From the human T2T-CHM13v2.0 reference genome, Homo sapiens, in NCBI RefSeq assembly GCF_009914755.1, contig NC_060933.1: a stretch of DNA of 64,000 bases, one strand, 5' to 3'. Within the stretch, counting starts at the first letter, position 1; each line of letters starts with the position of its first letter. The translations under genes were made by a program, and so were the position numbers. The notes under the pieces were generated by a model. The model did no database searches. It was not told where the DNA came from and saw only the letters and a program-made list of their open reading frames with translations. This document shows positions 53,252-64,000 of this stretch, piece after piece.

Positions 53252-54210
53252 ATGAGAAGGAACAAGAAAAACAATTGTGGTAATATGACAAAACAAAACA
53301 AGTTCATTAACACCCCCAAAAGATCAGCAATGGATCCAAACCGAGAAGAAATCTGAATTGCCAGAAAGAGAATTCAAAAATGTCAATTATTATGCTAATC
53401 AGGTAGTCACCAGAGAAAGGTAAAGTCCAACTCAAAGAAATTTGAAAAATGATATAAGATGTGAAGGGAAAACTCTTCAGTGAAATAGATAGCATAAATA
53501 AAAAACAAAAGCAACTTCTGGAAAGGAAGGACACACTTAGAGAAATGCAAAATGCACTGGAAAGTCTCAGCAACAGAATCAAACAAGTAGAAGAAAGAAC
53601 TTCAGAGCTCAAAGACAGGCTATCGAATTACCTTAGTCCATTCAAAGACAAAGAGGAAAGAATTTTTAAAAAATGAACAAAGCCTCCAAGAAGTTTGGGA
53701 TTATGTTAAATGACGAAACCTAAGAATAATTGGCGTTCCTGAGGAAAACGAGAAATCTGAAAGTTTGGAAATCACATTGGAGGAAATAATTGAGGAAAAC
53801 ATCTCCAGCTTTGCTAGAGATCTAGACATCCAAATATAAGAAGTTCAAAGAACACATGAAAAATTAATCACAAGAAGATCATCACCTAGGCACATCGTCA
53901 TCAGGTTATCTAAAGTCAAGATGCAGGAAATAATCTTATGAGCTGTGAGGCAAAAGCATCAGGTAACCTATAAAGGAAAACCTATCAGATTAACAGCAGA
54001 TCTCTCAGCAGAAATCCTGCAAGCTAGAAGAAATTGGGGCCCTATATCTAGCCTCCTTAAATAAAATAATTATCAGCTAAGAATTTTGCATCTAGCGAAA
54101 CTAAGATTCATAAATGAAGGAAAGATACAGTCTTTTCCAGACAAACAAATGCTGAGAGAACTCACCACTACCAAGCCAGCACTGCAAGAACAGCTAAAAG
54201 GAGCTCTAAA
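53252..54210 (+). pseudogene. L1 ORF1 (RNA-binding p40) remnant, disrupted
   Basis: Coiled-coil fragment EMQNALESLSNRIKQVEERTSELKD; several stops and frameshifts. Confidence 0.85.
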
Positions 54211-55147
54211 TCTTGAAACAAATTCTGGAAAATACACCAAAAGAGAACTCCTTTAAAGCATAAATCTCAAAGGACCTATAAAACAAAAACACACTGAAAA
54301 CAACAAGAACAACAATAACAACAACAAGGTATTCAGGCAACAAACAGCATGATGAATATAATAGTACCTCACATCTCAATACTAATGTTGAATGTAAATG
54401 GTCTAAATGCTCCAATTAAAAGACACAGAATGGATAAGAATTCACCAACCAAGTATTTGTTATCTTCAAGAGACTCACCTAACACATAAGGACTCACATA
54501 AACTTAAGGTAAAGGAGTGGAAAAAAATATTCCATGCAAATGGACACCAAAAGCGACAAGGAATAGCTATTCTTATATCAGACAAAACAAACTTTAAAGC
54601 AACAGCAGTTAAAAAATTCAAAGAGGGACATTAAATAACGTTAAAAGGACTAGTCCAATAGGAAAATATCACAATTCTAAATATATATGCACCTACCATT
54701 GGAGCTCTCAAATTTATAAAACAATTACTACTAGACCTAAGAAATGAGATAGACAGCAACACAATAATAGTGACGGACATTAATGCTCCACTGACAGCAC
54801 CAGACAGGTCATCAAGACAGAAAGGCAACAAAGAAACGATGGATTTAAACTATGTCTTAGAACAAATGGACTTAACAGATATTTACAGAACATTCTACCC
54901 AACAAAGGCAGACTATACGTTCTATTCATCAGCACATGGAACATTCTCCAAGATAGACCATATGATAGGCCACAAAACAAGTCTCATAAATTTAAGAAAA
55001 TTGAAATTATATCAACTACTCTCTCAGACCACAGTGGAATAAAATTGGAAATCAACTCCAAAGGAACCCACAAAACCATGCATGTACATGGAAATTAAAT
55101 AACCAGCCCCTGAATGATTATTGGGTGAACCATAAAATCAAGATGGA

Positions 55148-55254
55148 CCCACCAACTCATGGGTGCAGCGCACCAGCATGTCACATGTATACATATGTAA
55201 CTAACCTGCACATTGTGCACATGTACCCTAAAACTTAAAGTATAATAATAAAAA
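55148..55254 (+). mobile_element. Young L1 (L1PA2-like) 107-bp 3'-end insertion nested in L1PB ORF2
   Basis: gggtgcagcgcaccagcatg…gtaactaacctgcacattgtgcacatgtaccctaaaacttaaagtataat; perfect 14-bp TSD aaaatcaagatgga at 55134-55147 and 55255-55268. Confidence 0.93.
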
Positions 55255-56433
55255 AAAATCAAGATGGAAATGTAAAAATTCTTTAAAGTGAATAATAGTG
55301 ACACAACCTATCAAAACCTCTGGAATACAGCAAAGGCAGTGCTAAGAAGAAACTTCATAGCATTAAAGCCTAGATCAAAAAGTCAGAAAGAGCACAGACA
55401 ATCTAAGGTCACACATCAAGAAACTAGAGAAACAAGAACAAACCAAACCCAAACTCGGCAGAAGAAAAGAAATAACAAAGATCAGGGCAGAGCTGAATGA
55501 AATTGAAACAAACAAAATATGAAAGATCAATGAAACAAAAAGCTAGTTCTTTGAAAAGATAAACAAAATTGACATACTATCAGTGAGATTAACCAAGAAC
55601 AGTGAGGATTCAAATAAGCTCAATTAGAAATGAAACTGGAGATATTACGACTGATATCACAGAAATACAAAAGATCATTCAAGGCTACATGAACACCTTT
55701 ATGTGCATAAGCTAGAAAACGTGGAGGAGATGGATAAATTTCTGAAAATATACAGCACTCCCTAGATTAAACCAGGAAGATATAGAAACTATGAACAGAC
55801 CAATAACAAGCAGCAAGATTGAAATGGTAATAAAAAAAAAATTGCCAACCAAGAAAACTTCCAGGACCAGATGGATTTACAGCTGAATTCTATCAGATAT
55901 TTAAAGAAGAATGGGTACCAATCCTATTGATATTATTTCAAAAGATAAAGAGGGAATCTTCTCTGTATTATTCTGTGAAGCCAGTATCACCCTAATACCA
56001 AAACCAGGAAATGACATAACAAAAAAGGAAAACTACAGACCGATATCCCTGATGAGCACAGATGCAAAAATCCTTAAGAAAATACTAGCTAACCAAATGC
56101 AACAGCATATCAAAAAGATAATACATCATGATCAAGTAGATTTGATAACAGGGATGCAAGGATGGTACAACATATGCAAGTCGATAAATGTGATACACCA
56201 CATCAACAGAATTAAAAACAGAAATCACATGATCATCTCAATAGATGCAGAAGAAGTATTTGACAAAATCCAGCATCACTTTATGATTAGAACTCTCAGC
56301 AAAATTGGCACACAAGGAACATACCTCAGTGTAACATAAGCCATCTATGACAAACACACAGCCAACATAATACTGAATGAGGAAAAGTTGAAAGCATTCC
56401 CCTGAGAACTGGAACAAGACAAGGATGCCCACT

Positions 56434-56764
56434 TTTTTATTATTTATTTTTTTTTTTGAGTCAAGGTCTCACTCTGTTGCCCAGGCTGGAGTGCAGTGGC
56501 ACCATCTCAATTCACTGCAACCATCTCAATTCACTGCAACTTCTGCCTTCCAGGTTCAAGTGATTCTCCTGCCTCAGGAGGGATTCTCCTGATTAGGTGG
56601 GATTAGAGGCACCTGCCACCATGTCTGGTAAATTTTTGTATTTTTAGTAGAGGTGGAATTTCACCATGTTGGCTAGGCTGGTCTCGAACTACTGGCCTCA
56701 AGTGATCTGCCCGTCTTGGCCTCCCAAAGTGCTGGGATTACAGGCATGAGCACCAGGCCCAGCT
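56434..56764 (-). mobile_element. AluS (Sz-like) nested in L1PB ORF2
   Basis: TSD ggatgcccact at 56423-56433 and 56765-56775. Confidence 0.95.
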
Positions 56765-59151
56765 GGATGCCCACTCTTACCACTTCTATTCAACATAGCA
56801 CTGGAAAGCCCTAGCCAGAACAATCAGACAAGAGAAGGAAATAAAGGGCATCCAAATCGGTAAACAGGAAGTCAAACTGTTGCCATTTGCTGATGATATG
56901 ATCATATACCTAGAAAACTCTACAGATTCCTCCAAAAAGCTCTCAGAACTGGTAAATGAATTAAGCAAAGTTTCAAGATACAAAATTAATGTACACAAAT
57001 CAGTAGCTCTGCCATACACCATCAACGACCAAGCTGAGAATAAAATCAAGTGCTCAACCCTTTTCACAATGGCTGTCAAAAAAATAAAATACTTAGGAAT
57101 ATACCTAATCAAGGAAGTGAAAGACTTCTACAACAAAACTACAAAACACCGCTGAAAGAAATCATAGATGACACAAAAACATAGGAACACATCCTATGCT
57201 TATAAATAGGTAGAATCAATATTGTGAAAATGAACATACTGCCAAAAGCAGTCTAAAGCAGCCTAAAAATTCAATGCAATTCCCATTGCATACCACCATC
57301 ATTCTTCACAGACCTAGAAAAAACAATCTTAAAATTCATGTGGAATGAAAAAAGAGCTTGCATAGCCAAGGCAAGACTAAGCAAAAAGAACAAATCTGGA
57401 GGCATCACATTACCTGACTTCAAACTATACTCTAATGCCATAGTCACCAAAACAGCATGGTACTGGCATAAAAATGGCACATAAACCAATGGAACATGAT
57501 AGAGAACCCAGAAATAAAGCCAATTGATCTTTAACAAAGCAAACAAAAGCATAAAATGGGGAAAGGACATTCTATTCAACAAATGATGATGGGATAATTG
57601 GCAATCACATGTAGAAGAATGAAACTGGATTCTCATCTCTTACCTTATACAAAAATCAACTCAAGATGAATCAAGGACTTAAATCTCAGACCTGAAACCA
57701 CAACAGTTCTAGGAGATAACATTGGAAAAACCCTTCTAGACATTGGCTCAGGCAAAGACTTCACGACAAGAACACGAAAGCAAATGCAACAAAAACAAAG
57801 ATGAATAGATGGGACTTAAACTAAAAAGCTTTTGCACAGCAAAACAAACAATCAGCAGAGTAAACAGACAACCCACACAGTGGGAGAAAATCTTTGCAGT
57901 TTATACATCTGACAAAGGACTAATATCCAGAATCTACAAGAAACTCAAACAAATCAGCAAGGAAAAAACAAACAATCCCATCAAAAAGTGGACTATGGAC
58001 ATGAATATACAATTCTCGAAAGAAGATATACAAATGACCACCAACACATATGAAAAAATGCTCAGCATCACTAATTAAAAGGGAAATGCAAATCAAAACC
58101 ACAATGCAATACCACCTTACTCCTGCCAGAATGGCCAAAATCAAGATTTTAAAAAAATAGATTTTGACAGGGATGTGGTGAAAACAGAACACTCTTAACA
58201 CTGTTTTAACACTGTTGGTGGGAATGTAATCTAGTACAACCACTATGAAAAACACTGTGGATATTCCTTAAAGAACTAAAAGTAGAACTACTATTTGATC
58301 CAGGAATCACACTACTGGGTATCTACCCAGATGAAAAGTCATTATACAAAAAAAGATACCTGCACATGCATCTTTTTAGCAGCACAATTTGCAATTGTGA
58401 AAATATTGAACCAGCCCAAATGTCCATCAATCAACAAGTGGACAAAGAAATCGTGGTATATGTATATATATCACAGAACGCTACTCAGCCATAGAAAGGA
58501 ATGGAATGATGGCATTCATAGCAACCTGTATGGAATTGGAGACCATTATTCTAAGTGAAGTAACTCAGGAATGGAAAACAAAACATCTTACATTCTCTCT
58601 CATAACTGGGAGCTAAGCTGTGAGGATGCAAAAACGTAAGAATGATACAACGGACTTTGGGTACTTGGGGAAAGGGTGGGAAGGGGGTGAGGGATAAAAG
58701 GCTATACATTGGATACAGTGTACACTGCCCGGGTGATGGGTGCACCAAAATCTCACAAATCACCACTAAAGAACATATTCATGTAACCAAACACCATCTG
58801 TTCCCCCAAAAACCTATTGAAATAGGAAAGAAAACAACAACAAAAATATATGTGGCTTAAGCCTGCACCTGACTTTCCTTTTGTTTTTTAAAGTTTTTTA
58901 ATTTTTTAAAATAAATAAATTTCTGAAAAGTTATGACCTATTACTTGTTCATTAAGACCACATTTTAATGACATAGGAACATAATTATGTATGTTATTAA
59001 GTGAAAAATTCAGGATATAAACATATATGTAAACAATATCTCAATTATATACAAATTAGTATAGAAAAAATGGAAAATGCACCAAAGTTATAATCATGAT
59101 TATTTACCTTTCTCATGTGTTTATTTATTTTCTATATTTCTACAATGAAAA

Positions 59152-59428
59152 TTTTTTTAAAAATAGATATATAACTACATATTTATGGGATACATAATGA
59201 TGTTTTGATATATATAATGTATAGTGATCAGATCAGGGTAATTAGCATATCCATCACATCAAATATTTATCATTGCTCTGTGTTGGGAACATTCAATGTC
59301 CTCCTTCTAGCTGTTTGAACTATGTGTTATTAACCAGTTATCCTCCAGCGGTATAGAACACTAGAACTTATTCCCCCTACCTAACTGTGATTTTGTATCC
59401 TTTAACAAATCTCTCTCTATCCTTCCCT
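59152..59428 (-). mobile_element. L1MA (MA3-5-like) 3' end, inside an older L1ME 3' fragment
   Basis: tacatatttatgggatac…gtgatcagatcagggtaattagcatatccatcac…tgtgttgggaacattcaa…tagaacactagaacttattcc. Confidence 0.8.
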
Positions 59429-60102
59429 TAAAACATTTTTATAATTAGAAAAATAATGCAATTATTATTAGTATTAATTTAAGGAAGGTTAAGGCTTATG
59501 TTCTATTTTTGCTGTCTGGAGCTGTGTAGACTTAGACAAATCTCACAGCATCTTTGAGTTTGAGGTCACCACAAATAACACATACATAGTAACAGTTGTC
59601 CTGCCTACCATGAGAGGTTATTTTGATGATGAAATCTGAGAGATAATAGACTTGATGAGGCTTTATCAGTTGTAGTCATTCCACACATGTATTATAATCT
59701 TCTTCCTAAATCAAGTTCCATTCCTGGGCTTCCCTGTATTGCTCAGTGGAACTATCATTCTTGACCACTATCTTTCCTTAGCCACCACAATCAATCGCCA
59801 ATTCCTTTGAGAGAAACTATTTTTCATTGTGGATTTCTGGGAAGAGATCATGAATGAGGCAGCCTTCACACTATATCTGGAGGGTGGATAGAGATGGAGA
59901 ATTATAGGGAGAGGACATTTTGACACAGAGAACACTATGAACAAAGTCACACAGGTGGGATATTCACAGATTTTTCAAAAAGTACATTTGGTTAGACTAG
60001 AGTACAAGTAGTACTTCGAGTTGTGGCTGGAAGGATAGACTAAGTCTGGATCACGGAGGGTCTTGAATGTCTGGCTAAGGAACTGAAACTTAATTCTGAA
60101 GG

Positions 60103-60380
60103 CTAGTATGTTCCAACCTACAGTCATGCTTGTATAATCTTCACCTTTTTGTCATATTGATATACCAACACTACAAGTAGATATTTTTCTTCAAATTAAT
60201 TCCCCTTTGAAACTTTTATTTATTTAGGTCTAATACCCTTGGCTTTGTGTTTTATTATAATTATTTCATATATATGCAAATGAAAACATATCTCGGAAAA
60301 CAAAAAGATGAATTTACATTCCACCTAAAATGATCTCCTATGCAATCAGTGATAGCCATTCCTTACCTTGGGAAGCACAG
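60103..60380. mobile_element. hAT-Charlie element (MER113-like) inside an L2 remnant
   Basis: ccacctaaaatgatctc…cagtg…ccttgggaagcacag 3' terminus. Confidence 0.45.
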
Positions 60381-60897
60381 CGAGGGTAATGTGGGTTTCC
60401 GATTGGGTGGGAGGTTACATTATGAGAGTTGCTCCTTAATGGGAGTCATCCAGCTGTCCTGTTTCAACTGGAATGGAGAGACTAGGGGGCACTGAGGTCA
60501 GCCAGGGATGGGTAGTTTAGGCAGGCCTGGTGAGATTCTGCCTAGGGATGCAGAGTGGAAATGCAGAGTAGGTGTGAGATGTACTCCTCCAGTCTCTAGG
60601 AAGACCTTCCTAGAGTTAGAACTCAAACTACCAATTGTCATGCAAATTATTTAGTAAGTAAGCTATTAAAAGGAATAAAATAATACAATAATATTTTATT
60701 TTTATTTAATTGATTGTATTACTTTCATTAATTTTTCTCAGTAAAAGAGAGTAGTTATATTTTTCCACTGCCTCTAATCTACCAATATTTTTTGAGGAAT
60801 ATGGCTGAAAAAGGCCAGAGGTATTAAAATTCTATGTGTGTTCATTGGTTATGAGAGAGAATTTGAGGCTTGGCTAGTGGGATTGAAAATCAAATGG

Positions 60898-61240
<343 letters not shown>

Positions 61241-61719
61241 TCATTTGTATAGTCTTCCCCAATCTGTTTCATTGTTCTGATGAGCTAGCATAATTCTTGT
61301 CTCATTGTTATGCAGCTCAAATGACACAAGGAATGGAACAGAGCTTTATACACTATAAGCATTATTACACATCAGTAGATGAAAGGTGTTATTATTATTA
61401 TTATTGGCTGTTTTGGAATGGAATTGTGTAAATTACATTTTCTTGATATTTGTTTTTCACGTCAATGAATATTTTGTGAGACTACAGGGTGGTCTGGACA
61501 CTGTGCCTTCATTTTCCTTGTAAATATAATGACTGGTATATAGGGGCAGAAGGTATTCCAAGAATACCAGCCAACAAAATGGTCTTTTCTTTCCATGTGA
61601 ATCTCACAGTTTAATATTCATTCAGATTGTTCTGGGAATAAAGAGAAAATGGGCTCCTACTTTACCGTCATTTTAACTTGATCATACTTAATAATTAGAA
61701 TATTGAATCAGATGAAAAA

Positions 61720-62170
61720 AGGTAGAAAGAGCCCAGGATTTGCAGAAAGATGCTCTTGGTTTAAGTACAAAGTTGCTACTAACTAAACAAGCTTGAACTT
61801 GTAACTTATTGTCTTTGAGTCTTGGTTTCTCTCTGTAAAATGGAGATACTAATACCGACCTCAGCAAGGTTGATTTTTGTATCAAACAAGATAACATGAA
61901 AATGATCTGTGCTAAACATAAAGTGCTATATAGACATCATCATCACCATTGTTACAATAAAAATATTTATTGAGTGCTTATTGTTTTTTGCATATGTTAA
62001 CTCATTTAATCCTTATAAGTAATGACATAATATTGGTATTATTATTATCTAAATTTTCTGGAGGTGAAAACTAAGACATACGGAGGTTAAATAACTTGCC
62101 CAGTATTGTATATTAAATGGCAGATCTGGGATTTGAATCAGGCAAATTGACTATAAAGACTGCATCAACC
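61720..62170. mobile_element. Two MIRs tail-to-tail (+ 61720-61940, - 61960-62170)
   Basis: ggtttctctctgtaaaatggagatactaatacc; atatttattgagtgctta…ggaggttaaataacttgccca. Confidence 0.75.
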
Positions 62171-63104
62171 TTATTTCTAAAATAATGATATTCTAATAAT
62201 TTAAAAGAGTTTCAGAACCTCAAAAATTTATCAGTGACCCACTGTATGTTGAAAACTCATACGGAAAACATTTTGAGTTGAAAAATTCTTCCTCTTTATC
62301 TTCTTTCCACTATTTTATTTAAAATGTTTGGACTTGAATTATGTTATTAAGATGATATTCAGATAACATTTAAAAGGAGTTTTGGTACAATTCAGTATCT
62401 ATCTCAAAGAACATTTCAATTTCTCCCCAAACATTATGTTGGAGAAAAAACTTTTCTAAACTTGATGCATGACTCTATGACTTTGAGCCATTTGGTGTAA
62501 AAAAGTCCCTTCCCATCTATAAAAGGCTTGATTCCTCTTATGACTATAAGTAGGCCAATTGAGCTTGTTTTGTCATTGGTGTTAAACAGGGAAGGCATTG
62601 GCTTGCTTCTTTCTTATCATCTGGGAAATTATATATGCTTCCTCTTAATTGTACCCTGTCCACTAAAATGATCAAGAAGGGAAGATGGAACCTGAAGATG
62701 AAATCGAAAGTCCTGAAGTCAAAGTATGCCCTACTGACAATTTTAACTAAGACTGGATAAAATATGAGAGGAACAAGAAACATCTGTGTTTATAATCTAA
62801 TGAGTCCCTGTAGTTATATGTAGAATAATTGTAGTTACAGTTAACAATTACTGAGTGCTTCCTAGGAGCCACACACTGTGCCAACATTCTTTACACATCA
62901 GAGTTAAATACTTAGCTCTCCCAGCAACAGGGTGTTGGGTACTGACAATTCTGAGGAGTAAATCCTATGTGGTGCTGACACCCTGACCTGACAAGTAACA
63001 CTGACCATCTCCTGCTTATGGTAGTAAGAGACTACCATTTTTCTAAGCAAGAAACATCTTCGACTTTTTGTTCCTTTCTCAGATACAGACAGGATGCCCA
63101 TTTG

Positions 63105-63116
<12 letters not shown>

Positions 63117-63142
<26 letters not shown>
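63117..63142. repeat. (AG)13 microsatellite
   Basis: Seen directly. Confidence 0.97.
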
Positions 63143-63143
<1 letters not shown>

Positions 63144-63909
63144 TGAAACTTATTTAAAAATCATGCTTGCTTGGTTTTTATGAGTCTATTAAGGGGTAGG
63201 TAGATAGTTGGCCTTCAGTTTCCTAAATGTGGAAAGAGAGTTGTCATTGGATGCCAACATCAGCTTCAAACATACTCTCATAAACATAATAAATCTCCTT
63301 GTACTGGGAGGTAGTGGAGTTGGCCTCCAGAGACTTATCTGTAAGGCACAGACAATAGCCCTCTGCTGTCTTCTCCAGTGTCTAAGGGAAAGTCGTCAGC
63401 TCTGTAGCCTGAGGGCCTGCAGAGAATGGGAAGCCATGTAACATTGGGATACTTCTTGGCCTTGCAATTGGTAGGGGATACAGGGCATGTGCAACCCTTG
63501 GATCAAAATCTTCTGGTATAACTATATTTATCACATTGGGGTAAAAAAAAATCAAACCATTGTTTCAACCAAAAGGAGGAAGCCCCAAGTATGATAGATT
63601 CCAGAACACATGGGAATTATCACTCTATTTTAAAGCTGAGGATCCCAGGGCTCAATGCAGGTTAAGCTACTTGAGTGATGAAGGCAGAGTTGGAATCCAG
63701 GTTTGTCTGCTTCTAGTACTTGGTTACAATTGCCACATTAGATTGCTTCCCATGGGTTGCACAATTTAAGTGGATGGGCCTGGATCAAATCCAAGCCCAT
63801 AAACCAAATTTATGACTCCCTAAGGAGCTGTGCCTCTGTGTTAGTAGAGATTTTAACAAAATTTATAGATACTGAATATGTATCAGCCCCATTAATGTAT
63901 ATACATCTG

Positions 63910-64000
63910 AATTCATTCATTCATTCACTCACTTATTTGTTAAAGATTTATTGAGTGTCTGCTATATATATGCTATGATATTAAGCACAACTAGGCAAAA
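63910..64000 (-). mobile_element. L2 3' end with (TTCA)n tail
   Basis: attcattcattcattcactcac…atttattgagtgtctgctat. Confidence 0.7.

Larger units (their letters stand above)
54350..58560 (+). pseudogene. L1 ORF2 (endonuclease/reverse transcriptase) remnant, disrupted
   Basis: EN motifs YLQETHL and TFSKIDHMIGHK; RT motifs [10 protein letters not shown] and PFADDMIIYLE; fragmented over many frames. Confidence 0.92.
52589..58842 (+). mobile_element. Near-full-length decayed L1PB (L1PBa-type 5' UTR)
   Basis: 5' atggtggataggaggcaggac…, ORF1 and ORF2 remnants, L1PB-type 3' UTR, A-rich tail; candidate TSD aatatatatctgact (52574-52588)/aaaatatatgtggct (58843-58857), 12/15. Confidence 0.93.

Noticed and set aside
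53252-58560. L1 ORF1/ORF2 as active genes
   Set aside because: Many stops and frameshifts plus two nested insertions.
61275-61325. Hammerhead-like CTGATGA followed by a hairpin (gagctagcataa…ttatgcagctc)
   Set aside because: No GAAA after the stem and no stems I/III; the sequence lies in a decayed MIR.
62685-62750. Protein-like micro-ORF MEPEDEIESPEVK with a possible gtatgc donor
   Set aside because: In-frame stop just upstream, weak acceptor, and no recognised protein match.

Overview
Primate (most likely human) repeat-rich non-coding DNA, intergenic or deep intronic. I recognise no protein-coding exon, RNA gene, CpG island or CRISPR array, and I cannot name the locus. Much of the window is interspersed repeats: about 16 Alu/FLAM/FRAM copies, many MIR and L2 remnants, MaLR/ERV1 solo LTRs (including a MER41-like LTR nested in a MER39-like LTR), hAT MITEs (MER53, two MER94, MER107, MER5A) and several L1s. 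The largest L1 is a near-full-length decayed L1PB (~52.6-58.8 kb) carrying a nested Alu and a nested young L1 3' end. The supplied ORFs are repeat-derived or chance. I found no evidence for a new biological system. The notable signals are mutational footprints visible in the sequence: two L1 insertions with very short 5' inversions (twin priming), a templated inverted duplication with a perfect 18-bp hairpin inside an old L1, a MER53 with newly formed hairpins, and two MER94s at about the same position of MIR hosts. Subfamily names come from remembered consensus sequences, not a RepeatMasker run; boundaries of old repeats are approximate.
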